A DNA stretch of 64,000 bases, from positions 15,956,101 through 16,020,100 of the forward strand of contig NC_092677.1 of assembly GCF_964355755.1 (NCBI RefSeq), in the 5' to 3' direction. Under the pieces are notes generated by a model that saw nothing but the letters and a program-made list of their open reading frames with translations, was not told the origin of the DNA and did no database searches. This document shows positions 40,801 through 52,245 of this stretch, piece by piece (positions within the stretch are counted from its first letter, which is position 1; the number at the start of each line of letters is the position of its first letter). The position numbers and the translations under genes were made by a program. The stretch comes from Antedon mediterranea. Its lineage: Eukaryota; Animalia; Echinodermata.

Positions 40801-43800
40801 ATTATACAATTTTGATTGGCTAATAATAAGGCGGACCTGGTCTAAAGCATCCTTCTCTAAACACAGAGAATCACAACATCAATAATATGACAATGATAAA
40901 TAAAAGGTTGAGAACATTTTGCCGTTTTCTTTACTAAAATGGATATTATAATTATATTGCTTTCTCTAGCTTGACAGTTGTCATTGGTGAAAACCATAGA
41001 AATATTATAATATCTATATGGTGAAACGTTGGCTGTAATTTACAACTAGTGCGTTCAAACCATAACAATAACTAAAGTATACGTCCCCTATAACATACGA
41101 TTTCATTCAACATTTGTTTTTTATTTTTGTGTCTTAGTTCTGAGTGTGATTAGGCTAATTGCACCAAAACCTTGTGAATGCGAGTTTGGTGTATATCCAG
41201 CTTTTCACAGTTCAAATCCCTGGTCCTGCTGAGGAATTTTTTTCCTTACTAAGGTACTTAGGTAAAAAACTTCAAACAACGGTGGTCAATCTATGGTAAA
41301 ATTACTCTTAAGATTTATTTAATATAATTTATTGTAACGCTCACAAAATCGAAACGCCCAGTTGTTTCATTTGCTCGAAAAAGCACTGAAAGTTGGAGGA
41401 GTCCACTTTAGGCTACATTGTTACAGATACAGTTCCGGTCTCATTGAATTTATTTGTAGCATATCTTTCTTGTCGTCAGCATCATGTTAAATACAAGCAA
41501 TCACAAACCTTCAAGACTATTGACAAATTTGTTAATTGACACTTCGAGTAAAAACGAAACCGGCCTCCTGTAAAACGAGCAATTGTAGACAAATTCCCGC
41601 AAATTAAAGTTTGATAGTGTAGACAGAGCTTTAATAATAATGTTAATGTCTAAAAAATTAACAACGTGAACATAAGATCATAGAACTATTTCAATTTGTG
41701 CGTTATTACATTTACTGTGAATTCATTTTTATTTCAAAAGTATTTTTTTATAATTTTTTTCTGGTCCCAATACTATCTTTTTTACCCATACAGAATAATA
41801 TCAATGCAATTAGAAAATACAAACAATATCTTCAAATTAAACAAAGAAACGGATATCTCCGATCGCTGACAAATAATAATATTATTACAATTATTTGTAC
41901 CCAACAATCCGGGCGTTTTCCAAAAATCGCAGAAAAGCATCTATTTTAGGAAGGCTTTTACAATGTAACTCTGTTATTATTTATTATTTTAATTGTTATG
42001 GCTGTTTCGGCATTGTTATGTTTAATTAATTACCTAGTTGTTTTAAATTCTTAATCATAAGAAACACTGTCGGCATTGATATAAAATGATCTCAAAATCA
42101 GTTTTTTTAATGAACTGCTAGTGTTAAAAGATAGGGGAAATTTTCAAAAGCCGGCGACCTGGTACTCAGAAGTCCAAACACGAGAGAATTACTTGTCCAA
42201 AAAACTTCATTTTTGTACGAGAGACAAGAGTTTTTAATTTGTGATTCGTAATTTTAAAATTTAATTTGATTTAATGTATAGGATTTTGATACGCGTAAAT
42301 TCACCCGCTTGTTGTTTGTGAAGTTTTGACAGGCGTTTATTAAACTATAGGGAACATCTATCTATCCCCTTCGGCTTATTTGTTACAATTTAAAAACTCA
42401 CTACTCAGTAAAGTGGTACAGTCCTACTGTACATGGTTAATTAAGTACCACTGTCTTCAGGCAGATGATTAAGAACATTAAACGTATTGATAATAAATAA
42501 AGGGGGATTGTATTGTGTGCAGGAAAACGGAAGCCAACAGATATAATATAGCGCGGCGGCTATACTCGTAACGGACTGTCGATCGTAATGGAAATAGTTT
42601 CTACTGTCAAATGTTCTTAAAGGATTAGCAATCCTGTTTGTATGATTTACAAAAAAAAATTTGGATCTCCTAAAATTTATCGGAAAATATTTTGAACTCA
42701 GTCACCATAGTGTATTACACGTAAAAACCACACAATGGCCAGTCTCATACCAGATAATATATACAAGTCAATAATAGAGAATAATATTTTTATCTAAAGA
42801 GAAAATGGGATTCCAAAACAGATACAAAAGCCGACGATCCGATCGAAATAATGTTGTACAAAAATAATAATAAATAAATTTGTTTTATTTTATGTAAATA
42901 TTAAATTATATTCATTTTAAATTTATTTTGTTGTTACATGTTTATGTCTCGTTATAATGTATTTTTGTGAGGGTCCCTAATGATCAGCTTCGGCTGGATG
43001 GACCACCCTCGGTAAAGATTGTTGAAATAAAAATAAATAAATAAAAAAATAACCTACTTGTTATTTTCAAAACACATTACATGTCGACGAGGTCCGGTGG
43101 CATGCGTGACTGGCGGAACAAACCAAATATTCCCCGCAACAAATAACAGACCCTTTTCCATCGGGCGAAATCAGTTTATTACCTCCCAGGTTTATGCGTA
43201 CCATTTCGGGACTTACTATCTCAAGTAGGCTAGTACGAGAGAAATTCATGACATACAGGACATTGAACATTTAATAACGTAGCTTAATAAAAAGATGTTG
43301 GCTAAACGAAAATAGCATGTTTCTAGTTTAGTTATGTAGGCCTATACAGTAGGCCTGCAATGAAACGTCTATTTTAGGTACCCCACCTGGGTATAAATCG
43401 AGTTAATCGTAAATTAAAAATTTGAACTAGATCGTAAACATAATTCGTACTCTTTTGCTCTGTAGCGCCTGATAGAAAGTAACTACGCATTTTGGTCCCT
43501 GGATGGAACATGATATATCACGCGTAAACCGCCAATGTTGAACCATTCCCACAAAGGGACACCGCTAGACAAGTGTGCGTTCCTACAAAAATCTAGGTTG
43601 CAATCCGGCGAGGGTGGTCGGAGTCAAACGCAGCAGTGTGTCATTGACGGTTATAAATCACATGTTCTACAGTACACGGAAACTATCGCAACTGGACGAA
43701 GTAAGTCGAAGTTGGTCATGTTGACTGTTGTTACACACAATTGTGCGTGATCAAAAGGTCAAATCAAATGTTAGAAAGCCAACACAGGGAAGCGAAGCAG

Positions 43801-46800
43801 CCGTATTCACGTATTTATTATTTGTTTGCCTTACTACTACGTATATTTGTTGATTAAAGTCAGACAAGTCAAGGGGCCCATCTGGGCGCCGTGGGTCGCG
43901 ATCAAGCGAAGTTCCATAACAACAACTTGAAATCAGTCAACCACATAATGAGGGGCGGAGCTATTCATGGACGCACTAAAACGGAATAATTGTGATTAAT
44001 CTGTAGTCCCTCGGACGCAATATTTTAGCTGCGTCCAGAAGGATGTCACAATACAATAGATATCGCGACCAGCTGCAGTACAATCCGTCCAATATTTAGT
44101 GGAGATGACGCCTTACTGAGGTAACACAAGATTTTATCTCAACATAAAAAAACAGTGGATGTATAAAATACAAAACTAAATCTTGCTGAATAATAAGTAA
44201 ACAAAATTTAGTTACTGCAGTAACTAACTGCAGTAGAATAATTGTCATACATTTATAACTTGTATTGTCACTAATTTAGTATTTATTTCTAAATATAGCA
44301 AAACATCCTAATATTATTGTATTTAAATTAATTAAATTCTGTTTTGTCACTTCATTTCATCTCACCAACAAACACATTATATTTGTAATTCCAGAGTACA
44401 CCTTTAAAACAATTTTTTTTGCTAATTTTTAGAATTTTTTGTATTTAAGTAGATAAGCAATTGTAGATACTGTAGAAGTGAAATATGCAAAATTAGCAAA
44501 GAAAGGTAAACGACCTATAAGCTTTCACTGAACCGCAAACGAAGCACTTACCTACAGGAGCTGCATCCATATCGCAGCGATTCTAGCCTATGGGTAAAAC
44601 CTTAATGGAATAAACACACACAAGGGTTTAAATATACATACTGCAAGTCTGTGTAGACACAGATTGGACTTATCTATAGATCGTCTATTCTTAACTGTGC
44701 TTTGTACAAGGTGTTATATAGCATAATTAAGTGCATTATTTTTAAGAGTTTTAAGATTTAAATTATTGGTTTTGAAGGTATACCGTAATTACAGCTTTAA
44801 AATTATGTTATAATAATTAATATTACATTAATATTATAGTATTCCTAGTGTGGCTTCTTATTATTATAACTGAATATTTACACAATATATTTCAATAAAA
44901 TGGTGAGAGTGTAAAGTTTTTTTCTTCCTTATATTTAAAATATACATTATTTTACATTTTCAGTTAAAGAAGATCATTATGGCTAAAATAGCTAATCAAT
45001 AAATTTTGTTCAGAAGGAATCATGTTTTTAATTCAAAATAATTACGGTATATCATAATGTCACCTGAAAGAAACTGGAAAAATGTTATAATTTAAAAAAG
45101 AAGTATGGTATTGTAAATTAATTATAATATTGTATTGAAGTATGCATATTGTCCACCATACTGCGACTACAAATAATGGTTAGCTAAAAATTAGAATAAT
45201 TCCATAACATGATTTTTAATTTGAGACATTTTAAGTTTGTTAGTTTAACATTGTTATTCTACTGCAGTTCCTGCAGTGAAAACACTGCACAAACACTGCA
45301 CAAACACTGTACAAACACTGTACAAACACTGTACAAACACTGCACAAACACTGCACAAACACTGCACAAACACTGCACAAACACTGTACAAACACTCCAA
45401 TAATGTAACTATTATATTTTGTTTCAATGTGGAAGTTTATGAGTTCATTACTAATAAACTGTGTATATGAATACCAATTTATACAGACAAGAGGTAAGCA
45501 GTAAACGGTAAACAGAAAACAGAAAACAAAAATGTAGAATTTCTTATGACCATAATACACAAAACATGGAGTGGACAGGGGTCGAGCGTATTCGCTCAGG
45601 ATAGATATCGATTCTACATCGGACAATCTTGGGTTTTCAGTTTACCGTTACCACTTGTCTGTGTTGGCCTTACATGTCAACAAAATTTAGTTACTGCAGT
45701 AACTGCAGTCAAATCATTTTGAAATGTACTACTTGTTTAGGTGAGTTGTTGATTTTTCTGTTCACATTATGTTCTGTTCCAATCCTGCATTATGCTGGAA
45801 TTTTTCTCTTAATGTTTACACCTTGAGACTCATTAGAGTATGTTAAACATGAACTGTCGCTCCTATCAAAATTACTGATAAATTGACAAAATTGCGCACT
45901 ATTTCAATCTTTTTTTTCTCTTTGGGCCATTCAGCCATGTACAGTATTCATTCTCATATAACACAATAAATAAGTAATACTACTTGTTTATCATAATTAT
46001 GCTTGCACTGAGGAAAGAGTTTTATCTGAAAGCTCTGCAATTAATTTCTGGCTCTTTTAATTTATCATTTTTATTTTAAATTTTATTTTTTTACCGCTAT
46101 TGAGATCCAGCCACAGCATTGTCATTTGTAATTTGCCATTATTTATTTTTTTATATTAAAACAAAATTATACGTTACAATTACATAGACATTTTTGTAAC
46201 TTTTTAATTTAATTTTAATTATTTGCCTAACAAGCAATGTATAAAATGGACCAGTCTTGAACCAATGCCTTGCAAATGCATGTCAGATTCCTTACCATTA
46301 CGCCATATTGCTAGGCACACATTTGTCAGTTTTCTTACATTTACTCCAGAATATACACAAGTCTAAACAAAATGCCAAAATGTATGCTTCAATCAAATCT
46401 GTCTATCTGAATATCCTAAGGAGGATGTGTGATATACAACCCTTAATTAATTAAAAGCTTCGGGTCATTAATGTTATTAGACAATTAAACTTAATGAAGC
46501 AAGGTAAATTCAATGCATTATTATTGACTGTTACAAGTAACTTATTTCCCGGGAGGTTTGCATCAACTTAAAATGTCAACATAGTTCATATCTTTTAATG
46601 TTTGATAACATTTTAGAATGTGCATAAATAAACAATTGGGCACAATACAGTATAGTACAATGTAATACAAGTAGTATGTACAATATTAAGCAGCTGACAG
46701 TTCTTATATACAGTACCATCTGAACAACTGTATGTAAATGTGGCAATTAATTAGCATATAAATAAATACAATAAGCAGACAACGTCATCAATCGAATAGC

Positions 46801-49800
46801 AAGTGTATGAAAGTTTGTTTGTTAAAGGACAACTTGACCGAGGACCATATTTTAACAACGTATTAGGGATGTACATATTATTTCAGAACCATCGCGAAAT
46901 TAAGGATATACGCGCTCGCCGTACAGCCGTTGCCGTAAATTGCTGTGACGTCACAGGTGCATCGCAAAATTTACGTAATGAGTGTTCTGACAATTCGCAA
47001 AAAATTCTAGTACACACTTTGTAAATAAATCGTAAAAAATATTAATGTTTTTTTTTATTGTTTATTTTGCTTATATTGATTTTTTGCGATGTCACGGTGA
47101 CGGCTGTATGGCGAGCGCGTGCTGCGATATCCTTAATCTCGCGATTGTTCTGAAATCATATGTACATCCCTAATAAGGTCCTCGGTCAAGTTGTCCTTTA
47201 AGAGATGCAGGGTTTTCTTTAAGTTTAAGTGCGGAATCTGCAGAATCCAGAACAGTAAAGCATTCGGCACTATCAAGGTCCTTCCATATTAAGATAAGAA
47301 CTGTCGGCTGATTACTATTGTACTGATGATGAGAAATGGTTCTTGAGACATGTCTAATAAAATGCCTGGTTATATCCAAAAAAAAACCGGGTAGCCAGTT
47401 AAGAAGTTGTAATCATATTGAAGTTTGGACAAACAGAAACAAAACAAGACAAACTGGTAAAACAAACAAGAAGAGGCAGAAGAGTAATTGAATTGTACTG
47501 AAAATATATTACTCTATATGTAAAATCTTTATGTGGATTGATGTTGTGTGTTTGTTTATCTTTAGGCTGTGGTCTACTACTTTTCCCAGGTGCTTTCAAC
47601 ATGACTACGGGTCCAGCTCATTGGGAGCTGTTACAGAAGGCAAGGTAATGTTTGAGACAACCATAAAATATAGAAATGGGACCTTAGTCTTCGGTCTAAA
47701 CAATGATTCGGCTTAGATTCATTTTAGAAATTATACTTGAGCAGTATTCACTCAAAAAGAAAAAACTATATTTCACTTTATGAAAAGAAAGCAAGCAAGT
47801 CAAAAGCTGAGATCGCACTGGACTTAATTTGGTCAACAGCTAAATTGACCAAGAAAAGTCCAATCCAAACACTGGCTACAATTCCCTTAAAATTTAAATT
47901 AACCAACCCCAATGGTTACTTATACCGAACAACTATCTACCGAGTAGAACTTACCAATTGGTCTCAGTAAATCCAATCCGAAAATGCATGATTTTTACAT
48001 CACAGTTAGATTTTTGTGAAATTAGCCAAGTGCAAACCTAAATTTACCAATGACATTGGGTAAATTTACTATTTTTCAAGTACAGTGCGAACAAGGCTTT
48101 AATTGTATTTCAGTGCGAGAACTATAAACCACTTTAAATCTGCCTATGAATATCAAATTAGCCTGCTATAAAAATATACATATATTTTCAGTCAAAATCA
48201 ATTTTTGTTAATGGTCATTTTAAAATAAATTATATATTTAAATTTCACAATACTCATTTAGAATACATGATGCAGTAAATATTGATTGCTTTTTGTAAAA
48301 AAAAATGTTTTTCACCATACAAAAGAAAATTATATGAATAAATGTTACCATTCACTTTAATTTTTTAATCAGGGCGCTTGATAACCAGTTGTACGTTTCT
48401 GCAATCTCTCCAGCTCGGGATGAGAGTGCTTCCTATGTGGCGTGGGGGCACAGTACAATCGTTAATCCTTGGTCAGTATTGGTCATTTTTTATTTTTGGT
48501 TATCATCAATTGGATTAGAACATGAATTTTTTAAAGGGTGGAATTTTGGTTCTAATTAAAAATATGGTTTTTTTATCACTATATCTATCTCCCTCTTCTA
48601 TCTTCTGATTCCTTTCTTTCGAAAGTTTCATTAATTGTATATTGCATTATTTTTTGCACATTAGATAAATACAGTAGAAGACATTCTATTAACCTTGTTT
48701 CAAAGTGTTTAAGTATGTTCTGGGTTCCTGTGTAGCCTATCTCAAGCTTTTGCTTTCAATTTATTTATTTATTTATTTCAACTTTATTTATAGAGGGTAA
48801 CCCTTCCAGCTGAACCCGCAGGCCAGCTGATATTCAGGGGCCCTCTTGAAAATGACAAAATATATAAAACTATACTTAACTAATACGAATCTACTATATA
48901 CATTAAAATTAAAAACTATTATATAAAAAAATAATCATCCAAAAAAAAAAAAAAAAAAATTACGATAAAATGTGTTTTTTAAAATTAAATTTAAACGAGT
49001 TAATATTAGTACATTCTTTCAAAACAGAAGGTAATACATTATATAAAATACAAGCAGAATAAATAAAAGAGCGCCGGAAACATTCCAATTTAACTTTGGG
49101 TACCAGTAAGTCTCCCCTGGAAGCAGCCCTAGTCCTCATAGAGTGTATCGGAACAGTGGAAAATCGTTGGGTGATGTATCGAGGGGCAATATTGTTCATG
49201 GCTTTAAAAGCTAGGCAGCCTACCTGGTACTGCACCCTCTGTGACACATTCATGATGTGTAGAGATGTTAGAAGAATGTGAGTGCTGGTGCGAGGCGGAG
49301 CTTGAAGAACAACACGCATAGCGCGATTTTGAAGTTTTTGAATCTTATTAATGTTTGTTTTACTTCAATGATTTGGCCGTCTTAATTTACCTACATTTAA
49401 CTGTTATGTTGAGACATTTTTATTGAGAAAAGGGAAATAAACTTTAATTTGATTGATTGATTAAAAACTAAAAGTAATGTTAAGCGTGGTTGCCACTAGC
49501 GACGCAACGCAAGGACGTAACGCAACGCAAGTGAATTGACCAATCACAAGCGATGTTTTATTCGCTTATGATTGGTAACTGTCTATAACTTCGCTTGTCA
49601 TTGGTTAAAACGCTTGCGTTGCGTTTACGTCCTTGCGTTGCGTTCTAGTGGGAACCACGCTTTAGATAATATTTTGCTATTTCTTTTCTCTACATTTTCT
49701 AATTGCATCTTTAACTTGATTATAAACATTTTATTTTTCTTTTGATTTAGGGGTGAGGTAGTTGCCAAAGCCGGACACATGGAAGACATAATTTACGCTG

Positions 49801-49898
49801 ACCTGGATATCCGATATCTGGAAGATGTTCGACAACAAGTACCAGTCCAGTTCCAGAAGCGTACAGACGTTTATAATTTAAGTAGTGCTGTTGAATGA
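25900..49898 (+). CDS. NIT2: Omega-amidase NIT2 (nitrilase superfamily), 286 aa
   Basis: Exons 25900-25936, 27227-27345, 27780-27900, 32872-32960, 35434-35527, 36581-36655, 47566-47644, 48373-48471, 49751-49898 total 861 nt, all GT-AG and in frame. Catalytic triad in ALPECFN, YRKMHLFD and GICYDMRF, plus [16 protein letters not shown] and YVAWGHS. Confidence 0.96.
27915..28072. repeat. Imperfect (ATC/ATT)n microsatellite
   Basis: Runs of CATCATCATTATTGACATCAT. Confidence 0.85.
29935..30260. repeat. 17-bp minisatellite
   Basis: CTGGGATGTTGTTCCGC with 17-bp period (30121, 30138, 30155, 30172). Confidence 0.93.
31254..31412. mobile_element. MITE, PIF/Harbinger-like
   Basis: ~50-bp TIRs AGCCGATTTTCCACTA../..TAGTGGAAAATCGGCT with TAA on both flanks. 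Confidence 0.9.
33580..34080. mobile_element. MITE, ISL2EU/Harbinger-like
   Basis: ~40-bp TIRs AGAGAGGTTTCGCAATCTTACGAATACGATAACGAAAACG and inverse, with AAT on both flanks. Confidence 0.88.
34574..34710. mobile_element. Small degenerate MITE
   Basis: AGTCTGTGTCTACTCTATAAAACT.. versus ..AGTTTGATAGTGGAGACAGAGCT, with an internal GATGTGCCCA/TGGGCACATC inversion. The same right end recurs at ~41608-41630. Confidence 0.7.
36734..44113. mobile_element. 7.4-kb non-coding TIR element with nested insertions in NIT2 intron 6
   Basis: 28-bp TIR AGGCGTCATCTCCACTAAATATCGGACG / CGTCCAATATTTAGTGGAGATGACGCCT (1 mismatch), plus inverted subterminal blocks. No transposase ORF and no clean TSD (cact/tact). 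Confidence 0.8.
38874..39800. mobile_element. Nested Harbinger-like non-autonomous element
   Basis: TIR CGCCCGTATTCTTAAACCGGACTTTAGTCGTAGTT and inverse, with TTA TSD. Confidence 0.92.
45279..45397. repeat. 11-bp minisatellite AAACACTG(C/T)AC
   Basis: About 11 tandem units. Confidence 0.96.
46826..47197. mobile_element. MITE, Kolobok-like
   Basis: TTAA|AGGACAACTTGACCGAGGACC...GGTCCTCGGTCAAGTTGTCCT|TTAA with ~100-bp imperfect inverted arms. Confidence 0.9.
48760..49362 (-). mobile_element. 5'-truncated LINE (L2/CR1 group): RT C-terminus and 3' tail
   Basis: [52 protein letters not shown], then a GC-rich stem-loop (48793-48845) and an (AAAT)n tail. Confidence 0.9.
49483..49661. mobile_element. 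MITE, Harbinger-like
   Basis: AGCGTGGTTGCCACTAG..ACGCAACGCAAG / CTTGCGTTGCGT..CTAGTGGGAACCACGCT, with TTA TSD. Confidence 0.9.
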
Positions 49899-50384
49899 TT
49901 CATCAGCTTGCTACTTAAACATTTTAATATATTGAATTTATATATATCTTAAGCTGCAATTATTGCTGGATGGATTTGTTAATTTGGATGTAAACTTTTA
50001 GGATTGATGCGATATATACTATTATATTTAATTTATATACTAAATTACTATCGTCTACATGTGATGTAATAGAGTTGATACTGATAGCTTCACTCATCAC
50101 AAACGCTGAACGTGTTGCGATAGCGCACTTTACAAGACTTCTCCAATTGGAGCAATTATTTGCGAAAGTGTGCATAGACTTTTAATATTTATTTTCTTTT
50201 TGATCACAATTCCAGAAAATATACATTTTTTATTTCTTATTTTTGTTTTTTGCTTCGTCCTACTCTACAGTACAGGAGATTCACTCCATTGAGGCATCTG
50301 TAATACGAGGACACTGTCTTCCATTAACAGATTTTGTTTCAAATAAACATGTATTGAAAGAACACAAAACATAATGAAGAAAAC

Positions 50385-50990
50385 CTTCAGATATCATTGA
50401 TTTTGATATTGTAGAATGGCTAACAAAAAATCTACTCTGTACCTTCATAGTCTGGGACAATTTCTTACCTTGTGTGTGAAGAAGGTGCTGCTGATATTGT
50501 AGAATGGTCAACAAACAATCTTCTGTACCTTCATAATCTGGGACAAGTTCTCACCAAACACCATGTGTATACGAAGAAGATATTATTGGTGCTGATATTG
50601 TAGAATGGCCAACAAACAAACTGCTGTACCTTCATAGTCTGGACAAGTTCTCACCAGACACCATGTGTATACGAAGAAGATATCATTGGTGCTGATATTG
50701 TAGAATGGCCAACAAACAAACTGCTGTACCTTCATAGTCTGGAACAATTTCTTACCAGACACCATGTGTATACGAAGAAGATATCATTGGTGCTGATATT
50801 GTAGAATGGCTGGCCAACAAACAAACTGCTGTACCTTCATAGTCTGGAACAAGTTCTTACCAGACACCATGTGTATACGAAGAAGATACCATTGGTGCTG
50901 ATATTGTAATGGCCAACAAACCATCTACAGTACAAGTTAAGGGACAAGTTCTCACCAGACACCACATGTGTCTATATGAAGAAGATTTTA
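50385..50990. repeat. ~100-bp tandem repeat, about 6 copies, downstream of the NIT2 stop
   Basis: GATATTGTAGAATGGCCAACAAACAAACTGCTGTACCTTCATAGTCTGG..GAAGAAGATATCATTGGTGCT, period 100 (50581 vs 50681). Confidence 0.95.
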
Positions 50991-52245
50991 CTTCCATTGC
51001 GACCAGTTTAATAATTTTAGTCAATATTTCAATTTACTTTTGTTTACAGTTGTTAAATATAAATGATGACACTGACAATTATTTTATTGGGAAACTCTTT
51101 TACATTGACAAAAAAATATATTACACAAACTTTAAAACAAAAAATGTAGGCACAGGCATAAGCATGTATTTATGTAAACTGTTGTTTTGTTTCAAAATAT
51201 TTATTACCAGTAAAATGGTATGATAATGATGGCATACAAAGACTCTGGAAGATATCTAATAGGTAGTCTTTAGCTTTTTGATAGCCACGAAGTTGTCTTG
51301 GAAAACTGTGAAGGTAGACAACTTTGAATCAATACTTAATATGTAATTGATAATTTACATTTTGTTTTTTGGGATATATAATAATAATAATAAAGAGTTG
51401 AATTGTTTCAACTGAGTTATAACTGTATGTATGTGTATATGTGATATTGTTGTTACTTTTTCGTTTGAAAGAAAGTACAGTGTTAAAACCATTATTGATA
51501 GAAGTCAAAATAAGGATTTTTTTTTTCAAGCATACAGAATCCAAACACTTTCCGAAAATAGGACAACCATGTATTCATAAGGATAATGCCATTCAATCAT
51601 TTAAAAGTTTGCCCAGCTAGCTGCTATGAAGAAGATGGTATGCAGTTATGCCATCGACTGCTCAGTTTAAAATATGATGATAAAAATAGACAAGTGTCTT
51701 CAAAAGATGTGTTGCCCAGTCATGCTTGCTCTAGACATGCAAACTCAACTTAATTAATTGAATCATTTTAAATTAAAATGTATGTGATTTTTACTGTACA
51801 CCTTAGAGGGATGAAGTCTAGATTGATACGTTTAGTCTAAATTAATTGATTCTTTTAGGGGTATTTTATTGTCATATTATCCATTTTATCAAAACAACAA
51901 AAGGTGGCTTAAACTGCTTTTGAAACGATTTTATGTTTCTCGCAACACTCGCAAATGTTTTTACCTAGGCTTTGTAACTTAATTACCTAATTTTCTGAAA
52001 GTGTAGAAGGAAAACACTACGTGGACAATACATCACAAACATACAATACACATATACAGTATTTAATTGTTATTACTGTAATGAAAACATGTGCTTGAAG
52101 TTGATTGGTTGTTGCGGTGTCATCGATAAAAAAAATGTCCAACATCGATGATGTCATATCTATTTATAGCGCAAGACTCAAACAACAACACATCTCTTTC
52201 GTACAGTACTTCCTACATGCATTTGTTCGGAGTTCGTCAGCAAAA

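Noticed and set aside
41140-41260. Possible tRNA/SINE with AGTTCAAATCCC B-box
   Set aside because: No convincing A-box or cloverleaf; too weak to call.
45209-45626. Cys/His-rich repeat ORFs
   Set aside because: Translations of the 11-bp minisatellite.
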